Of a DNA stretch of 64,000 nucleotides, positions 32,883 to 42,590 are shown in pieces. The notes beneath the pieces are model-generated. The model worked only from the letters and a program-made list of their open reading frames with translations. It made no database searches and was not told the DNA's origin. The first letter of the stretch is position 1. The number at the start of each line of letters is the position of its first letter. This DNA comes from Thermoleophilia bacterium (GTDB lineage Bacteria; Actinomycetota; Thermoleophilia; Miltoncostaeales; Miltoncostaeaceae). The position numbers were made by a program, and so were the translations under genes. The stretch spans positions 647 to 64,646 of the forward strand of contig JAYTQG010000226.1 of the NCBI GenBank assembly GCA_043746815.1, read 5' to 3'.

Positions 32883-34066
32883 GCCGAGCAACGAGCGGTC
32901 TGCGGTCCCGAAGTCCACTCTGGGCACTCCTCGCGGTCGCGGTCGCATTGGGAGTGTTCCAGCTGGGCATCTTCGTCGGCAAACGCCAGCGGACGCCGTC
33001 GCTGACGGTCGAGATCGTCGGGATCCTTGGTCGCGAGTACTACAAACCCGTCCGCCTCGGGCTGATTCAGCGGGCATCGGTGAACGGTGCGATCTCAACC
33101 CTCGGCGATCCGTACACGCGCTACCTTGACCCGCGCGACCTCGTTGCGGCCAGGGATGATGCCGCTGGTGCCTATTCCGGTGTCGGGATTCGCCTGACCC
33201 CACGCGACGGCGCGCTGTTCGTCGCTGAGGTATTTGGCAAGGGTCCGGCCGCGCGAGGCGGCGTGAAGGTTGGCGATCACCTCCTTGCGATCGATGGAAA
33301 AGCGCTCGTTCCGGGGCGCTCATCCGGTCAGATCCGGGGCCTTCCGGGTACGGCGGTGCGCCTCCGACTCTCGACCGGCACCGAGAAGCCCCGCGAGATC
33401 ACGTTGCGCCGGGAGCGCGTCACCGCCCCAGCCGTGACCGGACGGATTGAGCGTCGCGGCGGCGTGGCCATCGGACGCCTGCAACTCTTTGAGTTCACCC
33501 GCGGCGCCGGGACCGAGCTTGGGCTTCGCACCCGGGAGCTTCTGCGCCAAGGCGCAACGGGGCTTGTTCTTGACTTGCGCGGGGACCCGGGTGGCCTGGT
33601 GGACGAAGCCGTCCGTTCAGCGAGCGTCTTTCTGCCAAAGGGAACGCAGATTGCGACGACGGAGGGCGCACATGAGGCGCGTCGGGTGCTGCGCGCGCGC
33701 GCGGGCGCCGTGGACGAAAACGTGCCCTTGGTGCTACTCGTCAGTCGCGACTCGGCAAGCTCCAGCGAAATCCTGGCTGGCGCGCTCCGCGACAACAAAC
33801 GCGCCACCCTCGTCGGGACGCGCACCTTTGGTAAGGCGGTGATTCAGGCCACGGAGGTATTGGACAACGGCGGGGCGCTGCGGTTTACGATCGCTCGCTA
33901 CCGGACTCCCGGCGGTCTTGACATCAACGCCCGCGGGCTGATTCCGTCGGTTGCCGCCGAGGACAACCCGTCAACGCCGGTTGACGAAGGGATGGAACGC
34001 GCACTGGACTTGGCCGCGGGAGTGCCGCCGCCAGCGGTCGTTCCGAGCCCCAGCGTCACGGGGTGA
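32879..34066 (+). CDS. ctp: S41 family C-terminal processing peptidase
   Basis: TM anchor. PDZ (GVGIRL...VFGKGPAARGGVKVGD). Catalytic region LVLDLRGDPGG ... SASSSEILAGAL ... GKAVIQ. GTGA overlap with ftsX. Confidence 0.9.
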   Translation: MSRATSGLRSRSPLWALLAVAVALGVFQLGIFVGKRQRTPSLTVEIVGILGREYYKPVRLGLIQRASVNGAISTLGDPYTRYLDPRDLVAARDDAAGAYSGVGIRLTPRDGALFVAEVFGKGPAARGGVKVGDHLLAIDGKALVPGRSSGQIRGLPGTAVRLRLSTGTEKPREITLRRERVTAPAVTGRIERRGGVAIGRLQLFEFTRGAGTELGLRTRELLRQGATGLVLDLRGDPGGLVDEAVRSASVFLPKGTQIATTEGAHEARRVLRARAGAVDENVPLVLLVSRDSASSSEILAGALRDNKRATLVGTRTFGKAVIQATEVLDNGGALRFTIARYRTPGGLDINARGLIPSVAAEDNPSTPVDEGMERALDLAAGVPPPAVVPSPSVTG

Positions 34067-35868
34067 GCCGGGTCGCGACACCACCGGTTGTGGCAGAGCT
34101 GATCGCCGATGGTCGTGGAGTCGCCGCACGTCCCGCGTTCGAGCGGGGGCTGCACATTGCGATCGGTCCGAAGGGGCGCCGGGGCGCCAGGATCGGCGAT
34201 CTCGTCACCATTCGTGCCCGGGGCGGCGGCGCGGATGTCATCGCCCGGCATGGCCGGGCGAGTTCGGCTCGGGACGCCATGCAGGCGCTCGTCGCGGACG
34301 CGGGTCTCTGGGCAGACTTCTCGAAGGCCGTTCTCGCCGAGGCCGAGGAGCAGGCCACCGCGGAGTCCACGGAGGATGCCGGTCGCCTTGATCTGCGGGC
34401 GCAGCGGGTCATCACGATCGATCCCGACGGCGCCAAAGATCACGACGACGCCATCTGCGTCCGCGGCGAGGGGGACGCGATTCGCCTCTGGGTGCACATC
34501 GCCGACGTTGCCCGTTTCGTGCCCGCAGGAGGTGCGATCGACCGGGAGGCAGCCCGGCGCGGTACCTCCAACTACCTGCCGGGCGTCGTCATCCCGATGC
34601 TGCCGCCGCGCCTCTCGACCGACGTCTGCAGTCTCCGGCCAGGCGTTGACCGGAAGGTCGTGACGGCTGAGATTCTCGTCGGGGTCGATGGTGCGGTCAC
34701 CGAGATGCGTTTCTACCGGGCGCTCGTGCATTCGAAGCAGCGCTTGACCTACCCGCAGGTTGATGCCGTTTTCGCAGGGCTACCGCTGGACGACTCAGGC
34801 CTGGACGCCGATCTGGCGACGGCGCGCGATCTTGCCGAGCGCCTTCGTCGGCGCCGAATGTCGCGCGGTGCACTGGAGGTGAACTCCTCCGAGCCCAGCT
34901 TCACGTTCCGGGATGGGGAGATCAACGGAGTGGAGATGGAGGGCCAGACCCCTGCCCACTCGCTTGTCGAGGAGTGCATGATCGCCGCCAACGAGGCCGT
35001 CGCGCGGTACCTCATCGACCGCCGCCGCGCGACCGTCTTTCGCGTGCATCCACCGCCTTCGGCGCGCTCCATCGAGCTGTGTTACCACCGCCTGGAAGCA
35101 CTCGACATCCCAACGCCTCCGCTCGCTGACGGTCCGTTGACACCCGAGCAGTGCGAGGCCGCTGCACGTGCCGCGAGCGTCGCGGTGGCCGCGGTGACCG
35201 CGACCGGGCGCGGTGCACACGCCTTTCCGGGCCTCGTTCTGCGGGCCCTTCAGCGCGCCTACTACGACGTCGCTCCGCCCGGGCACTCCGGCCTCGCGTC
35301 GCCCGCGTACCTTCACTTCACCTCGCCAATCCGCCGCTACCCCGATCTGCTGGCGCACCGGACGCTGCTCGATGCCCTTGGTATCGGCGACCCTGGGCCG
35401 GACCTCACGGAGCTCGCAGTCGAAGCCGCGGAGAGCTCAGAACGCGAGCGCGAGGCGCAGAACTTGGAGCGTCGCGCGGATCGGATGGCACTGGCCTTTC
35501 TCCTTCGCGAGCGCCTGCGCCACGATACGGACGAAGCACTGCCCGCTGAGGTGACCGGTTTGGTCGGTGGGGGAGCGTTTCTCAGGATTGAGGGCCTGTA
35601 CGACGGCTTCCTGCCGGTGCGAGCAGTCGATGAGGACGACTGGAATTTGGATGAGGCGGAGGTGACGCTGATCGGTCGAAACACCGGCATCCGCATCGCC
35701 CTCGGCGACGCGTTGACCGTCGTGGTCGATTACATCGAGCCCCTGCGTGGACGAGTGACAGTGGCCCTTGCCGGGCAACCTCGGCCAACCGGCCAGCGAC
35801 GGGTACCATCTGCGGGTGGCAAAAAAGGCAGACAAGAAGCGCCCCGGCGGCGCGGACATCGCTCGTAA
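34063..35868 (+). CDS. rnr: Ribonuclease R / RNase II family exoribonuclease
   Basis: RNB motifs ITIDPDGAKDHDDAI and HFTSPIRRYPDLLAHR. C-terminal S1-like segment. Confidence 0.9.
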   Translation: MSRVATPPVVAELIADGRGVAARPAFERGLHIAIGPKGRRGARIGDLVTIRARGGGADVIARHGRASSARDAMQALVADAGLWADFSKAVLAEAEEQATAESTEDAGRLDLRAQRVITIDPDGAKDHDDAICVRGEGDAIRLWVHIADVARFVPAGGAIDREAARRGTSNYLPGVVIPMLPPRLSTDVCSLRPGVDRKVVTAEILVGVDGAVTEMRFYRALVHSKQRLTYPQVDAVFAGLPLDDSGLDADLATARDLAERLRRRRMSRGALEVNSSEPSFTFRDGEINGVEMEGQTPAHSLVEECMIAANEAVARYLIDRRRATVFRVHPPPSARSIELCYHRLEALDIPTPPLADGPLTPEQCEAAARAASVAVAAVTATGRGAHAFPGLVLRALQRAYYDVAPPGHSGLASPAYLHFTSPIRRYPDLLAHRTLLDALGIGDPGPDLTELAVEAAESSEREREAQNLERRADRMALAFLLRERLRHDTDEALPAEVTGLVGGGAFLRIEGLYDGFLPVRAVDEDDWNLDEAEVTLIGRNTGIRIALGDALTVVVDYIEPLRGRVTVALAGQPRPTGQRRVPSAGGKKGRQEAPRRRGHRS

Positions 35869-36295
35869 CCGCAAGGCGTACTTCGAGTTCGAGATCCTCG
35901 ACCGCTATGAGGCTGGCCTTGTCCTGATGGGCAGTGAGGTCAAGGGTCTGCGTGAGCGCGGCGCCTCGATCAACGATGCATACGCCACGCTGCGGAGCGG
36001 CGAGATGTGGTTGATCGGACTTCACATCCCCGAATACTGGAATGCCGGAAGCTTCGGTCACGACGTGGGCCGCGAGCGGAAACTGCTCTTGCACCGCCAA
36101 GAGATCGAGAAGATGGCAGTACGGATCTCGGAGAAGGGCCTCGCGATCATCCCGCTTCGCCTGTACTTCAAAGAGGGGCGCGCCAAGATCGAAATCGGGG
36201 TCGGTCGCGGAAAGACGCTGTACGACAAGCGTCGCACCATTGCCGAGCGGGACTCTAAGCGCGACCTTGACCGCATCGGAAAGGGCCGCCGGTAA
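35816..36295 (+). CDS. smpB: SsrA-binding protein SmpB
   Basis: IARNRKAYFEFEILDRYEAGLVLMGSEVKGLR and C-terminal GKTLYDKR. In-frame GTG at 35816 chosen. Overlaps the rnr 3' end. Confidence 0.93.
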   Translation: MAKKADKKRPGGADIARNRKAYFEFEILDRYEAGLVLMGSEVKGLRERGASINDAYATLRSGEMWLIGLHIPEYWNAGSFGHDVGRERKLLLHRQEIEKMAVRISEKGLAIIPLRLYFKEGRAKIEIGVGRGKTLYDKRRTIAERDSKRDLDRIGKGRR

Positions 36296-36315
36296 GCGGA
36301 CTATTGCCGGTCGAG

Positions 36316-36888
36316 CTAGCGGTCCGCCCACTTCGCGACCGGCGGCGGCATCGGAACCTCGAGCGTTTCGAGGACCGATTTGGCGTCTGACGTCACCCGG
36401 ACGAGATCCAGGTTGGTCTCTTTGATGAACCCCTCTGTCACTGCATGACGGGCAAACGCGAGCAGATGGCCGAAGAACCCCAACACGTCCAGCAGGCAAA
36501 CCGGTTTCGCATGGATGCCAAGCTGGCTCCACGTCGCCACCTCAAACAGCTCCTCCCACGTCCCGAAGCCGCCCGGCATGGCAACGAATCCGTCAGCAAG
36601 CGATGACATCCGCTCCTTGCGTTGATGCATATCGGGGACCACCTCCAGACGCGTGAGACCTGGATGCGCCACCTCCGCGTCTCGTAGGGCCTCAGTGATC
36701 ACTCCGTGGACCTCGCCGCCCGCCTCAAGGCAGGCATCCGCAATCACTCTCATCAGCCCGACGTGCCCACCGCCGTAGACCAGGGTGATGCGACGGTGCG
36801 CCAATATCGCGCCAAGGGAGTGGGCCGCATCTGAGTACTCTGGCCGAAATCCCGGACTCGAGCCGCAGTAGACGGCGACGGACCGCAT
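36316..36888 (-). CDS. LOG family (TIGR00730-type) nucleotide 5'-monophosphate nucleosidase
   Basis: 190 aa. VYGGGHVGLM and PGGFGTWEE motifs. ATG overlaps the lutC stop. Confidence 0.85.
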   Translation of the reverse strand: MRSVAVYCGSSPGFRPEYSDAAHSLGAILAHRRITLVYGGGHVGLMRVIADACLEAGGEVHGVITEALRDAEVAHPGLTRLEVVPDMHQRKERMSSLADGFVAMPGGFGTWEELFEVATWSQLGIHAKPVCLLDVLGFFGHLLAFARHAVTEGFIKETNLDLVRVTSDAKSVLETLEVPMPPPVAKWADR

Positions 36889-37469
36889 CACTCGGTGGAT
36901 GTCACGACGATCGCGTGCTCGGCGAGAGCGCCGTGGGCACCGTAGGTCGTGATCTTCTCGATGTCGGAGGAGCGGCTCGGTCCGGAAACCAGCGAGACCG
37001 CCGAGGGCGTTGGGCCGCCTGAGCGGAACGTCTCGATCAATGCCGCTTCCAGGGTTGGTCGGATGCGACCCGAGGGGATGATGGGCAAGTGAAAGCGGCT
37101 GAGGACGTCGATTGTGCGTCCATGGCCGGGGCCGGGCGCAAGGAGGACCGTTCCACGCTGAGCAACGCCGAGGACCGGGACGGTGACCCCACACGTGTCC
37201 GCAGGCCCGTCCAGGCCAATCAGGTCGCGCACTGTGCGATCCGATGGCCAACGAATGACCTCGATTCCCGCCTCGGTGATCGCCGCGGGCACGCCGAGTT
37301 CGTCAAGCCAGGGATCAGCGGCAACGAGCGCGCGTGAGGATCCCCACGCACGGATTTGAGTAACCGCGGCGTTTGCGACCTCACGTGCGGGGCACGCTTC
37401 ACCGCTGGCTCGGCGGCGACCGAGCGCGGCGATGAACGTATCGACGTCGCCTACGGGCGTGGTGGCCAT
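36888..37469 (-). CDS. lutC: Lactate utilisation protein C (LUD domain, YkgG-like)
   Basis: 193 aa LUD-type sequence. Third gene of a lutA-lutB-lutC arrangement. Confidence 0.75.
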   Translation of the reverse strand: MATTPVGDVDTFIAALGRRRASGEACPAREVANAAVTQIRAWGSSRALVAADPWLDELGVPAAITEAGIEVIRWPSDRTVRDLIGLDGPADTCGVTVPVLGVAQRGTVLLAPGPGHGRTIDVLSRFHLPIIPSGRIRPTLEAALIETFRSGGPTPSAVSLVSGPSRSSDIEKITTYGAHGALAEHAIVVTSTE

Positions 37470-38860
37470 TGCGTCATCAGATCGCGTTCATCCGTCCAGT
37501 GGCGTCCCGGTCCTGGTGCCCGCTTCGCCCAGCCGCGTGGCCCGAGCACCCGCATCCCGAGGCGCGCGGCACGAACCGAGAGGCGATAGAGGACAGGGTT
37601 TCGCCACGCGGTCGCCCAGAGGTGAAACATCCGACGCTCCGTCGCTCCCTGCTCCGGCTTCGCGTTGATGACCGCCCGCGCCTTGACCAGGAGGTCATGC
37701 AAGGGAATCCCGACGGGACAGGCCTCGTGACAACCGCCGCAGAGTGATGACATGAAGGGAAGCTCGTTCGATGTTTTGCCATTGAAACCCTCCAGCAGCG
37801 GCGTGATCACGGCACCAATCGGCCCCGAGTACGGAGATCCATATGCCTGCCCGCCGACGCTTCGCCACATCGGGCACGCATAGAGACACGCGCCGCACCG
37901 GATGCAGGCGAGCGCTTCCTCAAACTCCGTCCCACGCAGCACGCTCCGCCCGCCATCCAGGATGACCAGGTGAAGCTCCTCCGGACCGTCGCCCTCACCC
38001 TCGCGTCGCGGCCCCGTGATGAGGTTCACGTATGTCGCCGCGTCATCGCCGATCGCAGCCATCGGGAGCACCTGGAGGAGGTGCGCGGCTTCCTCCCAGT
38101 TCTCGACGACACGCTCAATGCCCATCACCGCGACGTGGATCCTGGGGAGTCCGGTGACCAGGCGGCCATTGCCTTCGTTTTCAACGACGCAGATCGTTCC
38201 CGTCTCCGCGACCGCCATGTTGACGCCCGAGATACCGATGTCGGCCGCGGCGAATTGCTCGCGCAGTCGCAACCGCGCATGTGCGACGAGCGCCTCACGA
38301 TCGAGGGGGAGCGGACGACCCGATTCGGCTTCGAACAGCTCGCGGACCTGGGACTTATTGAGGTGGACCGCCGGGGCAATGATGTGGGAGGGGTGCTGGC
38401 CCGCAAGCTGCAAAATCCACTCACCGAGGTCGGTTTCGATGACCTTCAGCCCTTGGTCCTGAAGATGTTCGTTGAGCTTGATCTCTTCCGTGGCCATCGA
38501 CTTGCTCTTCGCGATGACCTTGGCCCCTCGGGCGGCGGCAAGCTCGCCGATGTAGCGGCACGCCTCGGCTCCGTCGCTCGCGCGAACCACGGTCGTGCCA
38601 GCCGCTCGGGCGTTCTCCTCAAGACGCGCGATCAGCTCCGGCAGCTTCGCGATGTTGCTGCGGCGAATCGCGCTGGCGCGGTCGCGCATCCCGTCAAAGC
38701 CCTGCTCGTCCTTCATCCGCTGACGGCCTGCGTGGAAGCTCGCCGAGGCGCGCGAGAGGTTCCCGCCAAGCTCAGTGTCGGCAACCGCTGCCGCGGTCCG
38801 CTCCCTCAGGGTGCCTGTGATCTCCGGGTATGCGACGTTTGGTGCGGCGGGTTCGCTCAC
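37451..38860 (-). CDS. lutB: Lactate utilisation protein B (4Fe-4S, YkgF-like)
   Basis: Ferredoxin-type CIRCGACLYACP and CGGCHEACP motifs plus a LUD domain. GTG at 38860 overlaps the lutA stop (GTGA). Confidence 0.85.
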   Translation of the reverse strand: MSEPAAPNVAYPEITGTLRERTAAAVADTELGGNLSRASASFHAGRQRMKDEQGFDGMRDRASAIRRSNIAKLPELIARLEENARAAGTTVVRASDGAEACRYIGELAAARGAKVIAKSKSMATEEIKLNEHLQDQGLKVIETDLGEWILQLAGQHPSHIIAPAVHLNKSQVRELFEAESGRPLPLDREALVAHARLRLREQFAAADIGISGVNMAVAETGTICVVENEGNGRLVTGLPRIHVAVMGIERVVENWEEAAHLLQVLPMAAIGDDAATYVNLITGPRREGEGDGPEELHLVILDGGRSVLRGTEFEEALACIRCGACLYACPMWRSVGGQAYGSPYSGPIGAVITPLLEGFNGKTSNELPFMSSLCGGCHEACPVGIPLHDLLVKARAVINAKPEQGATERRMFHLWATAWRNPVLYRLSVRAARLGMRVLGPRGWAKRAPGPGRHWTDERDLMTQWPPRP

Positions 38861-39561
38861 TCGTCGCCCGCCAACAGCTCGGCGAGGTGTCGAACGCGCA
38901 GTGGCACGCCGACGCGCCGGGCGCGCCCGGCGATGTGCATCAGGCATGACAGGTCGCAGGCCACCAGCGTCTCTGCACCGGTCGCTGCGGCATTTCTGGC
39001 CTTTGCCTCACCGAGCGAACCAGAGACCTCCGGAAAGTTGACTGAAAAGGTTCCGCCAAAGCCGCAGCAGACGGTGGTGTCGGCCATCTCGCGAAGTTCA
39101 ACGCCGGCCAGCGTGGCCCGGGCACTGCCGCGCTCGCCGAGTAGGCGCAGCATGTGGCACGAGTCGTGGTAGGTCACACTGCCGGTGTCAGGCACCGGGA
39201 TCTCAAGGTCGTTGGCGACCAGGAACTGCGAGAACTCAAAGGTCCGCGTTGCGAGGTGGCGGGCCTCCGCTTCCTCGGGTTCCCCCTGAAACAGGTCGAT
39301 GTAGCCGTGCGTCAACATGGCCGCGCAGGAACCGGACGGAATGACGACGGGATCGTCGCCAGCAAACGTCTGCAGGGTTTTCCGGGCGACCCGACGCGAT
39401 TCCTCGGGGTGGCCGGAACTCCACCCGGGCTGGCCGCAGCAGGTCTGCGCCTTCGGGACGCTCACCGAAACCCCGGCGCGTTCCAACACCGTTTGCGCCG
39501 CCTGCCAGACGGTTGGGGCGATGACGTCCGAAAGACACGTCCGCATGAGGATCGCGCGCAT
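38857..39561 (-). CDS. lutA: Lactate utilisation protein A (CCG-domain Fe-S oxidoreductase, YkgE-like)
   Basis: MRAILMRTCLSDV..., QTCCGQP and TVCCGFGG CCG motifs. The longer ORF upstream of this ATG is antisense to ssrA and was rejected. Confidence 0.85.
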   Translation of the reverse strand: MRAILMRTCLSDVIAPTVWQAAQTVLERAGVSVSVPKAQTCCGQPGWSSGHPEESRRVARKTLQTFAGDDPVVIPSGSCAAMLTHGYIDLFQGEPEEAEARHLATRTFEFSQFLVANDLEIPVPDTGSVTYHDSCHMLRLLGERGSARATLAGVELREMADTTVCCGFGGTFSVNFPEVSGSLGEAKARNAAATGAETLVACDLSCLMHIAGRARRVGVPLRVRHLAELLAGDE

Positions 39562-39624
39562 AGGAGGGGAGTTTAGGGGAGGTCCGCCGGATTCACCCGC
39601 GCCGGTGGTACCATCTCCGTACCT

Positions 39625-39990
39625 GGGCCCGATCCAGTTTCGACGGAATGTGAAAGGAATCGCAAGCGAGCCGCGGCTTCCGGAGGACCGCGTTAACAAC
39701 CGGAAAAAAAGTAGCTGCGAAGACTTCTTCTTCGAAGCTCGCACTCGCTGCCTAAACCACAGCGTTGAGCCGTCGGCCTACCTTCGGATCATGAGGTAGA
39801 TGTTCGGCGTCAGAAAGTGATCCTGGCCCCAATGCAGCGGCACTCGGTTGAGGGGTGAGATTTCAGGAGTACCTGGTGGACGAACGGTTTGTCGTGTTCG
39901 ACGTCGTCTGCGAGAAAATTGAACCGACTGCGCTCGGAGAAACGATTTTGGAAGCATTTTCGGACGCCGGGGCAGTACCGGCCGGGTCCA
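39625..39990 (+). ncRNA. ssrA: tmRNA (SsrA), CCA not encoded
   Basis: 5' GGGCCCG pairs with 3' CGGGTCC, including a G3:U70 wobble, followed by discriminator A. GUUUCGAC D-analog. GGAAUG/CAUUUU P2a pairing. GGAC plus a 5-bp T-stem. Tag ORF from GCU 39714 to UAA 39753-39755 encodes AAKTSSSKLALAA and is preceded by AAAAAAAGUA. Confidence 0.85.
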
Positions 39991-40000
39991 TGTGGGTCAA

Positions 40001-40044
40001 TCGGAGTTCGCCTCGTAACCGGGGGCGGGCTCCGATTTCATTTC
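40001..40044 (+). terminator. Hairpin plus T-rich tail downstream of ssrA
   Basis: TCGGAG(40001-40006)...CTCCGA(40030-40035) with inner CGCC/GGCG pairing, followed by TTTCATTTC. Confidence 0.5.
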
Positions 40045-40069
40045 AAGACCCGATGACCTTGCCCCTCGC

Positions 40070-40990
40070 TCAGGTCTTGGGTTCCCACCAGTCGGGCGCT
40101 TCGGGTCGATCCTCGCGTGGGGTGAGAAGCGGAGCGGATTGAACCCGCTGGCCTGCGGTCGTTGGGGCATCGGCTACCGCGTCGGCTGGCAGCTCTTCGC
40201 CTCCGACCACGATCCGCGCACCGTATGCGCGACGACCAAGCTCCGCGACGGCAGCCACGAGGAAGACCGACATCCCGATGAACTCGAGCGAGTCCGAGAA
40301 TGCGGCGGTGAAATCGAACGCGGATGACGGCAACTCATCACCGGTTGCGTCCTTCTTGAGCAGGAGTCCTTTGAAGATTTCGACGAGGCCAGCACCCCCG
40401 ATGAATGTGAGTCCGCCGAGCGCGAGTTGGCGTTTTGGGGCTTTCGCCATCTCCCGGAAGAACTTCCAGAGGAGCTTCACAACGAGAACGGCGCCCGGGA
40501 GGTAGATCAGGATCCACGAGAAGTGAATCGGGCCCGGCTTGTCGGGGAATTGCTGATCGATGACCCTCGAGATCGACTGGTGCAGAAGCGTCGTCTCATC
40601 GACGGCAAGAAACGCCACCACGAGGGCCAAGAAGTGCCACTCGCGTGCCCACTTGTCTCCTGCCTGGGCGGCAGTCCGAGCGATTGCCCAGACCATGGCA
40701 GCGCTCGCGAACAGGACGAGAATTTTGAAGCCAGTCGGGATGTTGATCTTGTCGTCCGAGTCGATGAAACGAGCGAACGCGAGCAGCTTGTGCTTCCACT
40801 TCAGCGTTTGGGCGATGAACGTTGCGACGATCAGACAGCCGACGGTGATCCCAAGCACGCGTGCCAGTTTGGCTGGCTCGACCCGGAACTCGGCGTATGC
40901 GACTCGCGCGGGACGACCGGCGGAATTGACGGGTTCACCGTCTGCCGGGCCATCGATGTCGGGAGGTTGGAGGAACTTGGGGAGCTTCAT
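40070..40990 (-). CDS. Hypothetical polytopic membrane protein
   Basis: 306 aa with several hydrophobic segments and no recognised motif. Visibly more A/T-rich than its neighbours. Confidence 0.6.
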   Translation of the reverse strand: MKLPKFLQPPDIDGPADGEPVNSAGRPARVAYAEFRVEPAKLARVLGITVGCLIVATFIAQTLKWKHKLLAFARFIDSDDKINIPTGFKILVLFASAAMVWAIARTAAQAGDKWAREWHFLALVVAFLAVDETTLLHQSISRVIDQQFPDKPGPIHFSWILIYLPGAVLVVKLLWKFFREMAKAPKRQLALGGLTFIGGAGLVEIFKGLLLKKDATGDELPSSAFDFTAAFSDSLEFIGMSVFLVAAVAELGRRAYGARIVVGGEELPADAVADAPTTAGQRVQSAPLLTPREDRPEAPDWWEPKT

Positions 40991-41027
40991 CGGTGCGTAG
41001 TCTGCCGACTCACGTACGCTCCTGCAC

Positions 41028-41849
41028 GTGAACGCGTTCCAAGCGATTGTCCTCGGCCTGGTTCAGGGGGCCACGGAGTTCCTTCCCATTTCGTCGACCG
41101 CGCACCTGCGGATCGTGTCTGCCTTCTTCGGATGGAAGGATCCCGGCGCGACGTTTACGGCAGTGACACAGCTCGGAACGGTGGCGGCCGTGTTGATTTT
41201 TTTCCGCCGCGACATCGGGCGAATTCTCACAGCGTCGTTCCGGGGGCTGCGCGACCCCGTCGCGCGCCAGAGTCACGACGCGAAGATGGGCAGCTACATC
41301 GCGGTCGGCTCGGTCCCGATCCTGGTGTTCGGCTTTCTGTTTCGTCATCAGATCGACTCAGGTGCCCGAAACCTCGTCCTCATTTCCCTGGCGCTCATCA
41401 TTTTCGCGGGCGTGATGCTCTACGCCGAGGACACCGCCCGTAAGGATCGCGATTTAGGGTCGCTTGGCTCCCGCGACGGCATCGCGATCGGCCTCGCACA
41501 AGCCCTGGCCGTGATTCCTGGCGTCTCGCGTTCCGGAGCGACAATTAGTGCCGGTCTCATGCTCGGTTTCGACCGCGTCGCTGCCGCCCGATACTCGTTC
41601 CTCCTTTCGATCCCGGCAGTGCTTGCGAGTGGCCTCTACAAGCTCCGTAGCATCGGCGAACCAGGTGCGCCGGGGATCGCCCCAACACTTGTCGCCACCC
41701 TCATCGCCTTCGTGGTCGGCTACGCCTCGATCGCCGGGCTACTGAAGTTCTTGCAAACCAGGTCAACGCGCGTGTTCGTCGCGTACCGCGTCGTGCTTGG
41801 GTTGTTGGTCCTGAGTCTCGTCGCCGGAAGCGTGATCTCAGCCACCTAA
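41028..41849 (+). CDS. uppP: Undecaprenyl-diphosphate phosphatase
   Basis: 273 aa. [19 protein letters not shown] and [10 protein letters not shown] BacA motifs. Confidence 0.95.
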   Translation: MNAFQAIVLGLVQGATEFLPISSTAHLRIVSAFFGWKDPGATFTAVTQLGTVAAVLIFFRRDIGRILTASFRGLRDPVARQSHDAKMGSYIAVGSVPILVFGFLFRHQIDSGARNLVLISLALIIFAGVMLYAEDTARKDRDLGSLGSRDGIAIGLAQALAVIPGVSRSGATISAGLMLGFDRVAAARYSFLLSIPAVLASGLYKLRSIGEPGAPGIAPTLVATLIAFVVGYASIAGLLKFLQTRSTRVFVAYRVVLGLLVLSLVAGSVISAT

Positions 41850-42535
41850 CGCAGCAGCAGCGCGATGAGGGCTGCCGTGTTGACGGTTGCGTGCATCGTC
41901 ATCGATCCAATCAGTCCTTGGCGCCGATAGACAACAGCCAGGAGTATTCCGAGCGCAACGAGCGCGAGTGCCCGAGGCCAAGCGAGGTAGGCATCGAGGT
42001 GACTCCCAGCGAAGACGAGGGCGCTGACGATGGTCGCGGGCCACCACGTGAAGCGCGCCGTGAGGCTTCTGAGGATCACCCCTCGAAACAGGATCTCCTC
42101 GCCAAATGGCGCAATCACGACCACCGCGACACCGATCAGGACCGCCTGCCACCAGACCTGAATTCCGATGTCCTGATCGCCCAGGCGATCGAGCGCCCGC
42201 TTCGCGCTTGGATCAACCGCGCGCCCCACCAGCAGGATCAAGCCAGCAATGATCAAGCCAAGGACGCCAGCCCCGACACCGACGATGATCGCGCGCAGTG
42301 GCGGGCGTCGGTCCGATGCAACGCGCCGAAGATGAGCGGGGCCTTTTCCCAGCACGACGCAGGCGACGAGCGCGATCACGCCTCCGCCGACGACCACTGC
42401 GGCGGCACGGGCTGTGGATTCTCCAGCGCCCAGCCATTTGAAGAATGCGATCGCGACCACGGTTGCGACGAGACCAATTGGCACTGCCGAGAGTGCTCGG
42501 AGGAGGCGGAGCATCGGGGAACGAGCGGAGGACAT
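41846..42535 (-). CDS. CPBP family intramembrane glutamic endopeptidase
   Basis: [14 protein letters not shown] and MHATVN motifs. Internal ATG chosen so that it does not overlap trpS. Confidence 0.8.
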   Translation of the reverse strand: MSSARSPMLRLLRALSAVPIGLVATVVAIAFFKWLGAGESTARAAAVVVGGGVIALVACVVLGKGPAHLRRVASDRRPPLRAIIVGVGAGVLGLIIAGLILLVGRAVDPSAKRALDRLGDQDIGIQVWWQAVLIGVAVVVIAPFGEEILFRGVILRSLTARFTWWPATIVSALVFAGSHLDAYLAWPRALALVALGILLAVVYRRQGLIGSMTMHATVNTAALIALLLR

Positions 42536-42590
42536 CAGTGCAGGGTAGTCATCCAGGCGGCTGGGGCGGGGTCCGGTAGCATCGCCCGCT

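Noticed and set aside
39317-40142. ORFs 39317..39799(+), 39855..40142(+), and the 5' extension of the lutA ORF up to 39744(-).
   Set aside because: They cover the tmRNA gene and its terminator. The lutA homology starts at the internal ATG at 39561 (MRAILMRTCLSDV...). The tmRNA structural features explain the region better.
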